This document shows positions 56,103 through 64,000 of a stretch of DNA of 64,000 nucleotides, piece by piece. The notes under the pieces are model-generated. The model searched no databases. It was not told the origin of the DNA and was given only the letters and a program-made list of their open reading frames with translations. Made by a program: the position numbers and the translations under genes. The stretch covers positions 1,835,757 to 1,899,756 of the forward strand of contig OY969414.1 in the NCBI GenBank assembly GCA_963699155.1, given 5' to 3'. This DNA comes from an uncultured Chlamydiales bacterium (lineage in GTDB: Bacteria > Chlamydiota > Chlamydiia > Chlamydiales > JAAKFR01). Within the stretch, counting starts at the first letter, position 1. Every line of letters starts with the position of its first letter.

Positions 56103-56166
56103 TGACCAATTTACGACCTATCGTAAAATAGTCATGACTAAAATACGATCTATCGTAAAATAGTCA
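56103..56166. promoter_or_regulatory. Two tandem 32-bp palindromes directly before the ATPase start
   Basis: TGACCAATTTACGACCTATCGTAAAATAGTCA and TGACTAAAATACGATCTATCGTAAAATAGTCA. Confidence 0.75.
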
Positions 56167-56167
56167 T

Positions 56168-57373
56168 ATGAAGAGAATCTATCAGGCATTGATCACTCAC
56201 CATCTCTCCAAATACCGCCAAATGGCCTTCTTGATGGGACCCAGGCAGGTGGGAAAGACCACGCTCAGCTTAGAAATCTCCTCAGAATGGCCAGTCCATT
56301 TTTACTTTAACTGGGATAATGCAGCTGAAAGACTCCTTTTTCTCGAAGGCACCCAAGCCATAGCTAAACAGGCTAATCTCGATCAGTTGCATGAAGAGAT
56401 CCCCATTCTGGTTTTTGATGAGATCCATAAATTTGGAAAATGGAAAAACTTTCTCAAAGGATTCTTTGATCTCTATGAGAAAAAATCAAAAATCATTGTC
56501 ACTGGGAGCTCCCGCCTCAACATTTTTAAAAAAGGGGGCGATAGCTTGATGGGACGCTATTTCTATTATCGCATCCATCCCCTCTCTGTCGCTGAGATCA
56601 CTTCTCCCCACTTAATTGATGAAGAGATCCGCCAACCGAAAGCTATTAGTCAGGAGGATTGGTCCGCTCTGAGAGATCATGGAGGTTTTCCCGAACCCTT
56701 TCTTCAGAGGTCCCAACCCTTTTCTCAACGCCTGCAGGGAATCCGCAAGGAGCAACTCTTTAGAGAAGATATTCGTGATGGCACACGCATTCAAGAGATC
56801 GCTCAGTTAGAACTGCTTGCCGAATTGCTGCGCCAACAAGCCGCTGAATCACTGAGCTATCTAGCCCTCTCGAAGAAAGTAGGCGTATCAATCGATACCA
56901 TTCGCAGATGGATCGAAACCTTGAAATCCTTTTATTACTGTTTTTCGATTCAACCCTGGTCCAAAAATATCAGTCGCTCCCTCATCAAAGAGCCCAAGCT
57001 CTACCTCTGGGATTGGTCTCTCATCGAAGAGCCAGGCCATCACCATGAGAATCTGGTCGCTAGCCATCTTCTCAAGGCAGTCCACTTTTGGACCGACCGC
57101 GGCTGGGGAGAGTATGGCCTCTATTACCTCCGCACAAAGGAAAAAATCGAGGTCGATTTTCTCGTCACAAAAAAAGAAAAGCCTTGGTTCTTGGTCGAAG
57201 TCAAGACGAAAAATAAAGGACTTTCACCCTCCCTCTTCCATTTTCAGAAAGAGACTCAAGCTGAGCATGCCTTCCAAATAGCCTTCGACCTCGATTTTGT
57301 TCAAAAGAGCTGTTTTGAAGTGAGAGAGCCTGTTGTCGTGCCCGCTCAGACCTTTCTTTCACAACTGGTTTGA
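56168..57373 (+). CDS. AAA_14 ATPase with DUF4143 and a C-terminal PD-(D/E)XK-like motif
   Basis: GPRQVGKTT, FDEIH, TGSS, GGFPE, ENLVA, EVDFL and VEVK. Confidence 0.88.
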   Translation: MKRIYQALITHHLSKYRQMAFLMGPRQVGKTTLSLEISSEWPVHFYFNWDNAAERLLFLEGTQAIAKQANLDQLHEEIPILVFDEIHKFGKWKNFLKGFFDLYEKKSKIIVTGSSRLNIFKKGGDSLMGRYFYYRIHPLSVAEITSPHLIDEEIRQPKAISQEDWSALRDHGGFPEPFLQRSQPFSQRLQGIRKEQLFREDIRDGTRIQEIAQLELLAELLRQQAAESLSYLALSKKVGVSIDTIRRWIETLKSFYYCFSIQPWSKNISRSLIKEPKLYLWDWSLIEEPGHHHENLVASHLLKAVHFWTDRGWGEYGLYYLRTKEKIEVDFLVTKKEKPWFLVEVKTKNKGLSPSLFHFQKETQAEHAFQIAFDLDFVQKSCFEVREPVVVPAQTFLSQLV

Positions 57374-57380
57374 AATTGGG

Positions 57381-57977
57381 TTAGAAGCTTTCATCATCTG
57401 AGAAGCAGATATTCTTTTTAATTCCCGAAGCTTCATCCGAAGGTAATCGAGTCAAAACTCTTTGAATTACATCATTCGCATGAATGAGAGCAAGCAACAT
57501 CACAGACTCATTATTGAGAGGATTTTCAGGATCTTCTATTTCAATCAGAGGGTCATGAATAACGCTATCGACTGTCTCTTCAAGTTCCTCACCCCTCATG
57601 TCTGGATCATTTTTTTTAAGAACCTCTGTAATGCTATTTCTGATAATTCTTTGAGTGTAAAGATCTATTTGAGAGAATTGGCGGGTGATCTCGCTTGGAG
57701 TGCCAACGATCTCCTCTTTTGAATCCTTCGAATCTTTAGCCAGATCTAAATAAAGATGTAAGAAATTTTCAATAACGTGCAATGGATCGGATTCCCTTGC
57801 AGGACTCAGCGCTTTCTGAGGAGTCGGAGAAGCAGCCTTACCACTTTTCAATTCTTTTGCAAAAAGGTGCAGACACTCTGCTTTCACAAATGAAAGCCTC
57901 ATCTTTGCTGGTGCAGAGCGCGAGCGGGGTTCGAGTTCAACAAATGGGGCAGGTTTACCGACGGCTTCAAGACTCAT
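57381..57977 (-). CDS. Hypothetical protein
   Basis: 198-aa ORF with a Ser/Pro-rich N-terminus; no recognisable motif. Confidence 0.65.
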   Translation of the reverse strand: MSLEAVGKPAPFVELEPRSRSAPAKMRLSFVKAECLHLFAKELKSGKAASPTPQKALSPARESDPLHVIENFLHLYLDLAKDSKDSKEEIVGTPSEITRQFSQIDLYTQRIIRNSITEVLKKNDPDMRGEELEETVDSVIHDPLIEIEDPENPLNNESVMLLALIHANDVIQRVLTRLPSDEASGIKKNICFSDDESF

Positions 57978-58091
57978 TTTTTCCTATCTTAAATTTTTTT
58001 TTCGCCATAAGCATGCACATTTTCCTCTAAAACTTCTATACTTATAATTTTTTTGAGGTTCGTAGCTAAGGCCGAAAGCCCTTGACAATGG

Positions 58092-59237
58092 CTATTGCCT
58101 TAACGCTGAGGGCCACTCGGGGAAGAGGAAGGTGCCGTTTTTGGAGATGAGGGTGCCGTCAACGGTGATGGTGCCACCTTCGCGCAGGTCGCAGATCATG
58201 TCCCAGTGGAGGGCTGATTTGTTGGTGTTACCAGTTTCTGGATAGCCCATGCCGAGCGCTGCGTGGAAGGTGCCTCCGATCTTCTCATCGAAGAGGATAT
58301 TTTGGGTGAAGGTTTTGATTTTGTAATTGGTGCCGATGGCAATTTCGCCGAGACGCGAAGCCCCTTCATCCTGGGCGAGGATCGTTTTGAGGAAGGTTTC
58401 ATTGCGACGTGCACGCGCTTTGACCACTTTGCCTCTTTCAAAGGTCAGTTCGACTCCTTCTACAACGGTATTCTGCCAGATCGCCGGGAAGGTGTAGTGG
58501 ACGACACCATTGACTCCTCCATCTGCGGCATTGAGATTAGGACCTGTGAAGATCTCACCATCGGGATAGTTGCGCTTTCCACAGGAGTTGCGCCAGACCA
58601 TCCCTTCGATATTCACCTTTAGATCGGTTCCATGGGGCGTTTTAAAATGGAGCTCCTTCTTGCCCTTCATGAAATCGATCATCTTCTGCTGCTTTGCCTC
58701 GATCGCTCTCAAATGGCTCACCGGATCTTCTTCGTCGATGTAACCGGCGCTGAAGACAAAATCCTCATATTCGAGAATTCCCATATTGGCCTCTTGTGCA
58801 CCTGCAGGAGTCGGACAGAGAGTGACGACCCAATCGAGATTGCCTGCGGCAGATCGTGTCAAAACCTGCGAGAGGATCGGTTGATTGGCTTTCGAGACGA
58901 GAGCCTGCTTGTGCGAATCGACATGAGAGAGCCCTCGCGTATTTGTAGGACCGATGACCCGAATCCGCTTGTCGCAGTGGGTCGCCTCATAAAGGGTAAA
59001 GGGCGAAGTGTGGGCCAGCTGCTCCTCACTCGCATATTTGAAGAAGATCTCATCCCAGCCAGAAGGATGGAAGGTCGTCCTAACATGACCCCTAGCTTTA
59101 ATGATCTCCTCATAAAGAGCCTCCATCAAGGGCAAAGCGCCCATCTCTCCTGTCATCCAGACCTGATTGCCTGGCTTTATCTCTAGAGAATAGTGGACCA
59201 TCACCTGGGCCATCTTGGTGAGACGTGGATCGCGCAT
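58092..59237 (-). CDS. Aminopeptidase, family M29 (AmpS/AmpT-like)
   Basis: NYPDGEIFT, LGEIAIG, LFDEKIGGTFHAALG and SALHWDM. Start at 59237. Confidence 0.92.
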   Translation of the reverse strand: MRDPRLTKMAQVMVHYSLEIKPGNQVWMTGEMGALPLMEALYEEIIKARGHVRTTFHPSGWDEIFFKYASEEQLAHTSPFTLYEATHCDKRIRVIGPTNTRGLSHVDSHKQALVSKANQPILSQVLTRSAAGNLDWVVTLCPTPAGAQEANMGILEYEDFVFSAGYIDEEDPVSHLRAIEAKQQKMIDFMKGKKELHFKTPHGTDLKVNIEGMVWRNSCGKRNYPDGEIFTGPNLNAADGGVNGVVHYTFPAIWQNTVVEGVELTFERGKVVKARARRNETFLKTILAQDEGASRLGEIAIGTNYKIKTFTQNILFDEKIGGTFHAALGMGYPETGNTNKSALHWDMICDLREGGTITVDGTLISKNGTFLFPEWPSALRQ

Positions 59238-59311
59238 GGAGTTCTCCTTTCGTAAAAAAATAGAGGAAAGGGTATTATTAATGAAGGGGAGCCCTTTAAC
59301 TTGGAGGAAAA

Positions 59312-59527
59312 ATGAGTCGAGATGAACCACGTAACATTAACTGGATGTTGACCTTACTCATGTCTATCTTTTTTGGAGGCTTAGGGGTCGATCGCTTTAT
59401 CATGGGCCATATCGGCTTAGGAATCTTAAAATTGATCACTGCAGGGGGCTTTGGGATCTGGTGGCTCGTCGATGTGATTTTGATCGCCTCCAAACACCAA
59501 TTCCGCAACATCAACTGGGTCGATTAA
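59312..59527 (+). CDS. TM2 domain protein
   Basis: LLMSIFFGGLGVDRFIMG..GLGILKLIT.GG.GIWWLVD. Confidence 0.88.
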   Translation: MSRDEPRNINWMLTLLMSIFFGGLGVDRFIMGHIGLGILKLITAGGFGIWWLVDVILIASKHQFRNINWVD

Positions 59528-59848
59528 TTGTCCTCAAGCTCCTCTGTAGAACTGCCCGCAACTGCAACTGGATACGAGCACACTCTCTGGTACCATCCCG
59601 ATAAGCCAGAAGAGCCTAAAGATTGGCTCAAAATCGGAGCGATCGTGGCAGCCGTTATCGGGGGCATCATCAGCGCTTTGGCAGTCGCCTGCTTTTATGG
59701 AATCTTTCCCAAAGAACTACTGGGAGGCACACTGGGCTCTGGCATCACCTTGATTGTAGGAGCCTCCATTCTACTGCCTGCTGGGATGATTCTGATCCGA
59801 AAATATTTCTTCGAAAAAGATGATAAATCGACGCAAAACCCAGATTAA
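59528..59848 (+). CDS. Small bilobed membrane protein (Inc-like)
   Basis: Ser-rich N-terminus and two hydrophobic helices with a short loop. Confidence 0.55.
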   Translation: MSSSSSVELPATATGYEHTLWYHPDKPEEPKDWLKIGAIVAAVIGGIISALAVACFYGIFPKELLGGTLGSGITLIVGASILLPAGMILIRKYFFEKDDKSTQNPD

Positions 59849-59860
59849 AAGCTTGGGTTG

Positions 59861-60793
59861 TTAACCATCCCGGCCTAGCAGCTTGGCATGGATCTCGTCG
59901 TGTCCCTCAAGCGGCTCGAGATGGGAGATCAGCTCAGTTGGTTTGTCAAACTGAGATTCGATAGACTGTTCGATCCGGGTGGCCACCTCGTGGGCCTGGG
60001 CTATGGAATATCCGCTCGGAAAAAGAAGATGGACCTCGATCATGAGTCGATTTCCGGCGTCACGGTGGCGGAGGTTGTGGTAGGAGACCTGATATCTTTG
60101 TGTCACTTCATCGAGAAGCTGGCGGATCTTTCGATCTAAACGGGGACCACTGCGATCCATCAATCCATCACAGGAATTTTTTAAGAGACGAATTCCGGTC
60201 CACAGAATATTGAGTCCGATGAGCCCTGCGATCAGCGGATCGAAATAGAACCAGCCAGTAACGCGCGTGAGGACAAGCGCTAAAATAACGCCCATGCTGG
60301 TGATGCAATCTGTCAAAATATGTTTCCCATCAGCTTCCAAAACGAGGGAGTAATATTTTTTTCCCTTTTTAATCAGATAGAGGCCGAGCCATCCATTGAT
60401 AATCGTGGCCCCCGAGATAAAGACCACGCCCCAATCGAGATTTTCTAGTGTGACTCCATAAATCACTTTTTGAGCGGTATGATAGAGGATAAAGAGGGCT
60501 GCAATCATGATGAGAGCCCCTTCAAACCCTGCAGAGAAAAAGGTGATCCGATCGTGGCCATAGGTGTGGTCGCGATCAGCCGGCTTATGAGAGAGCCACA
60601 TACTATAGGCAGCAAAACCGACTGCAAAGACATGGACGACCGATTCAGCCGCATCAGAGAAGATCGCCGCAGAATTAGTCAAATAATAGGCATAACATTT
60701 GATCAGCAGCATCAGCAGCCCTACCCCTAAGGAAAGGCGCATCGCACGGTTCATTCTCCGCCGGTCAGTGAAGGTGTAGGTATGTTTACCCAT
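59861..60793 (-). CDS. Cation diffusion facilitator family transporter
   Basis: SAAIFSDAAES, PADRDHTYGH, ADGKHILTD, AHEVA and HLEP. Confidence 0.92.
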   Translation of the reverse strand: MGKHTYTFTDRRRMNRAMRLSLGVGLLMLLIKCYAYYLTNSAAIFSDAAESVVHVFAVGFAAYSMWLSHKPADRDHTYGHDRITFFSAGFEGALIMIAALFILYHTAQKVIYGVTLENLDWGVVFISGATIINGWLGLYLIKKGKKYYSLVLEADGKHILTDCITSMGVILALVLTRVTGWFYFDPLIAGLIGLNILWTGIRLLKNSCDGLMDRSGPRLDRKIRQLLDEVTQRYQVSYHNLRHRDAGNRLMIEVHLLFPSGYSIAQAHEVATRIEQSIESQFDKPTELISHLEPLEGHDEIHAKLLGRDG

Positions 60794-60929
60794 GAGATCC
60801 AGCTTATTTTCGTTGGAAAAAAAAGTAAAAGCTTAATATGATCTCCTTTCTTGAATTAATCTGCCTTTTATTCTGAGGGATTCCCTCTTGAAAGGCACCG
60901 AAAAAATTTACTACCTAAGGAGGTAAAAA

Positions 60930-61460
60930 ATGTCAAAACCAGTACTACTAGGAACGGGACTCCCACCCCCACCACTAGCCCCACCACGTTCAGGTGAAGA
61001 GTCACCTAGAGAAACAGTATCAGCCCCAGGAACTTTGGCCGGAAGGCCTGTTGGGCCAATAGCTTTAGCTCCACCAGGAGCTGCAGCCCCAAGAACAAGT
61101 CCCAGCGAACAGCTGCGTCACGCCAAAGGATGCGACCCCTGGAAATGGGTTAAAATTGTCGCAGTTGCCCTAGCGATCGCAACTTTTGTCGCTGGAACCG
61201 CTGGTCTATTCGTTTGGCTAGGAAAGCTCAATATTAGCCTCACTGGCATCGGCTCCATGACACAAGAGCTCGGCCTCTACACAATGCTCGTTGGCTATGG
61301 ATTTACTTTCCTTGCGACTGTTTTATTGACAGTCAATGCCTTCTTGAGCCGTGCTCGCCAAAGTTCGGCCCAAGCAGAATCGACTGGCTCACTCTGCTGC
61401 GGTGGTAAATCTAAACATGTGGAAACCTTGATTCCACGCGTTGCCATTGCTTCATCATAG
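60930..61460 (+). CDS. Inc-like protein (Pro-rich N-terminus, bilobed hydrophobic domain)
   Basis: AGGAGG RBS; PPPPLAPP tract; two TM helices. Confidence 0.65.
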   Translation: MSKPVLLGTGLPPPPLAPPRSGEESPRETVSAPGTLAGRPVGPIALAPPGAAAPRTSPSEQLRHAKGCDPWKWVKIVAVALAIATFVAGTAGLFVWLGKLNISLTGIGSMTQELGLYTMLVGYGFTFLATVLLTVNAFLSRARQSSAQAESTGSLCCGGKSKHVETLIPRVAIASS

Positions 61461-61474
61461 TACACAATACTTCT

Positions 61475-61507
61475 AGGGCATAGATCACTTCTATGCCCTT
61501 TTTTTTT
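61475..61507 (+). terminator. Intrinsic terminator
   Basis: AGGGCATAGA-loop-TCTATGCCCT followed by a T run. Confidence 0.85.
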
Positions 61508-61549
61508 AGACCTCTTTCATAACCTCACGCGATCAGCAGAAGGAGAGGT

Positions 61550-62848
61550 TTGATGTCCCAGTTTTCACCTTTAGCTGAGCAGCTCCGTCCCCAAAAGCTT
61601 GACGAGGTCGTCGGACAGCCCCATCTCGTGGGTGAAAAGGGCTTCCTCACCCGCATTTTGACCCAACAAAAACCATTATCTCTTCTCTTCTGGGGACCAC
61701 CTGGCTGTGGCAAAACAACGATTGCCAGGCTCTATGCCAAAGCCTTTAATGCCAAATTTGTCTCTTTGAGCGCCGTCTTTAGTGGAGTTGCCGATCTCAA
61801 AAAGGTGATCCAAGAGAGAGAACAAAATCCCCTCTTTCACCCCTATACACTTCTCTTTGTCGATGAGATCCACCGCTTCAACAAGGCGCAGCAAGATGCC
61901 TTTCTCCCCTATCTCGAAAAAGGCACCCTCATCCTCATTGGAGCCACCACAGAAAATCCCTCTTTTGCTCTCAACAATGCCCTTCTCTCGCGCTTGCGCG
62001 TCCTTACATTAAATCCGCTGGATGAAGAGGCTCTCGAACAGCTGTTGGCCCGTTACGAAACAGAAAAACAGCCTCTTCCCCTACTCCCTGAGGCTAGAAA
62101 GCTCTTGATCCACCTGGCTGCAGGAGATGGCCGCTACCTGCTCAACATGGTGGAGAACATCGAACAGGCTGCTATTTCAGAGCCTCTCAATCCCGACACT
62201 CTGATCCCGCTGGTGCAGCGCCGTAGCGCCCTTTTTGATAAGCAGGGCGATGGCCACTACAACCTCATCTCAGCCCTCCATAAATCGGTCCGTGGATCAG
62301 ATCCCGATGGCTCTCTCTACTGGTTTGCTCGCATTTTGGAGGGGGGTGAAGATCCCCTCTTCCTTGCGCGTCGCCTCATCCGGATGGCCTCTGAAGATAT
62401 CGGCCTTGCCGACCCCGAAGCACTGAAACTCGCCATCGCAGCGAAAGAGGCCTATGAGATGCTTGGAAGCCCTGAGGGAGAGCTCAGCCTAGCTCAGGTG
62501 GTGGTCTACTTAGCCCTCGCTCCCAAAAGCAATGCCCTCTACACCGCTTATGGCGCCGCTCGGGCCTCAGCAAAAAAAACCAACCATCTCTCCCCACCCG
62601 CCATCATCTTGAATGCACCGACTCGCTTGATGAAAGAGCTCGGCTATGGCAAAGGCTACCAATATGACCATGACACTTCAATGGCCTTTTCAGGACAGAA
62701 CTACTTCCCCGACACTATGCCTAGGGAGGTTTTCTACCATCCTGTGGAGCGCGGTTTTGAAAGGGAGTTAAAAAAAAGAATCACTTACTTTAACTCTTTA
62801 AGAAGAGAGATAAATGAACCTTGCTCAGAAACAGAGCAAGAGATATAA
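61550..62848 (+). CDS. rarA: Replication-associated recombination protein A
   Basis: PLAEQLRP, WGPPGCGKTT, DEIHRFNKAQQD, ISALHKSVRGSD and SEDIGLADP. Confidence 0.95.
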   Translation: MMSQFSPLAEQLRPQKLDEVVGQPHLVGEKGFLTRILTQQKPLSLLFWGPPGCGKTTIARLYAKAFNAKFVSLSAVFSGVADLKKVIQEREQNPLFHPYTLLFVDEIHRFNKAQQDAFLPYLEKGTLILIGATTENPSFALNNALLSRLRVLTLNPLDEEALEQLLARYETEKQPLPLLPEARKLLIHLAAGDGRYLLNMVENIEQAAISEPLNPDTLIPLVQRRSALFDKQGDGHYNLISALHKSVRGSDPDGSLYWFARILEGGEDPLFLARRLIRMASEDIGLADPEALKLAIAAKEAYEMLGSPEGELSLAQVVVYLALAPKSNALYTAYGAARASAKKTNHLSPPAIILNAPTRLMKELGYGKGYQYDHDTSMAFSGQNYFPDTMPREVFYHPVERGFERELKKRITYFNSLRREINEPCSETEQEI

Positions 62849-62890
62849 TTCCTCTGTTTTCGAAACAATTTGGTAGGTGGGTATGCGGAG

Positions 62891-64000
62891 ATGGGGAAAG
62901 CGTTACGTTTGCTCTTTAACCTACATCCAGGAGAGGGTCGGAAAGCTAGTCTTTTCATCTTCCTTGGCCTGCTCTGGAGCGTAGGAACTTACGGTTCTTT
63001 AGTCCTTTCCGAAGGTCTATTTCTTGAGCATGTCGGTGCTCAAACCTTGCCACACATCTATCTCGCCATTGCGTGCGGGATGTGTCTGCTCTCCATCTTG
63101 CTCATTTTTTCTCTCCGTCGTTTCTCTATCCGCTATCTTTTCTTCTCCATCATCTCCTTGTGGATCATCTCCAATCTCCTCTTTTGCTTCGCCTACCCCT
63201 ACTGCCATCACTCCTCAACATACTGGTATCTCTTTAAGAGCGCCGGCTGGATGACACCGATCTCCACCTACATTGTCTATTGGGCCTTCGCCGACCAATA
63301 TTTCGACCTCCAAGATGGCAAACGATTTTTTGCCCTCTTTAATTCGACCACCTTTTTGGGAGATGCCATCGGAGGTGGGTTGATCGCCTATGGGATGGAT
63401 TTCCTCGGAGTGCAGGGACTTTTGCTGCTCTTTGTTATCGCCCTCGCCGCTTCACTCCCCTTTATCGTCTTGATCGCCCGTAGGGTCAATCCCGTCTTAG
63501 AAGAGCATACCGAAAGTGCCGATGCGACCTCAACAGTGGGGGTCCGCTCCATTTTAGAGACAGTCTGCAAGTCCAAATTCACTCTCTATCTACTCCTCTT
63601 TTATCTCGTGATGCAGCTTGTTGCCATCATCACCGAATTCAGCTACATGGAGAATTTCGAACGCACCTTTGCCACAGCCCCAGCCAATAGCCTCACCACA
63701 TTTAGTGGGAGATGTGGCATGTGGATTTCACTCGGCAATATGTTCTTCGGCATGCTGGTCTACAGCCGCATGGTCAAGAAGATGGGGATCAATAATATCA
63801 TCGTCATCGCCCCCTCCTTCTTCCTCATGATTTTTAGCTTTTGGCTCTTTCGCGATGCCCTTGCAATCGCAGTCTTAGGGATGGTGGCGCGCGAAGGGAT
63901 GGTCTATGCCTTCGATGACAACAATCTCAACCTGCTCGTCACAGGCGTTCCCGCCAAGGTCAAAAACCAGGTGCGGATCGCCATCGAGTCATTCATCGAG
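62891..64000 (+). CDS. Membrane protein with TLC/MFS-like N-terminal domain (chlamydial CT234-like), 3'-truncated by the window edge
   Basis: Frame is open from ATG 62891 to the end: MGKALRLLFNLHPGEGRKA...GLFLEHVG...YWAFADQYFDLQDGKRFF. Absent from the ORF track because there is no stop. Confidence 0.75.
   Translation, partial: MGKALRLLFNLHPGEGRKASLFIFLGLLWSVGTYGSLVLSEGLFLEHVGAQTLPHIYLAIACGMCLLSILLIFSLRRFSIRYLFFSIISLWIISNLLFCFAYPYCHHSSTYWYLFKSAGWMTPISTYIVYWAFADQYFDLQDGKRFFALFNSTTFLGDAIGGGLIAYGMDFLGVQGLLLLFVIALAASLPFIVLIARRVNPVLEEHTESADATSTVGVRSILETVCKSKFTLYLLLFYLVMQLVAIITEFSYMENFERTFATAPANSLTTFSGRCGMWISLGNMFFGMLVYSRMVKKMGINNIIVIAPSFFLMIFSFWLFRDALAIAVLGMVAREGMVYAFDDNNLNLLVTGVPAKVKNQVRIAIESFIE

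Overview
This 64-kb window is almost certainly from an environmental member of the phylum Chlamydiota (inference). Support: accC-accB-efp-rpe synteny, a CT234-like translocase-domain gene, several F-box proteins, Inc-like bilobed membrane proteins and a CE-clan protease. The right half is mostly core genome: ttcA, surE, ubiX/ubiA, acc, efp, rpe, rarA and four tRNAs. The left half is accessory: stress and redox enzymes, an arsM-arsR island, and candidate host effectors (Ulp1-like protease, Delta24-sterol-reductase-like enzyme, a TPR protein with a bipartite NLS). Mobile DNA: one complete IS21 (28129-30794) interrupting a nucleotidyltransferase gene at a site that mimics the IS ends; an unannotated IS1182 remnant between two inverted copies of a structured GC-rich repeat (4 copies in the window); two RPE-like palindromes; an ~85-bp MITE; and 33-bp and 38-bp tandem arrays. 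Two genes (ppsA and an F-box repeat protein) are split at simple-sequence tracts. The 3' ends of many transcription units are extremely C-rich and G-poor on the coding strand. No CRISPR array was found. All calls come from reading motifs by eye; no database search was run.
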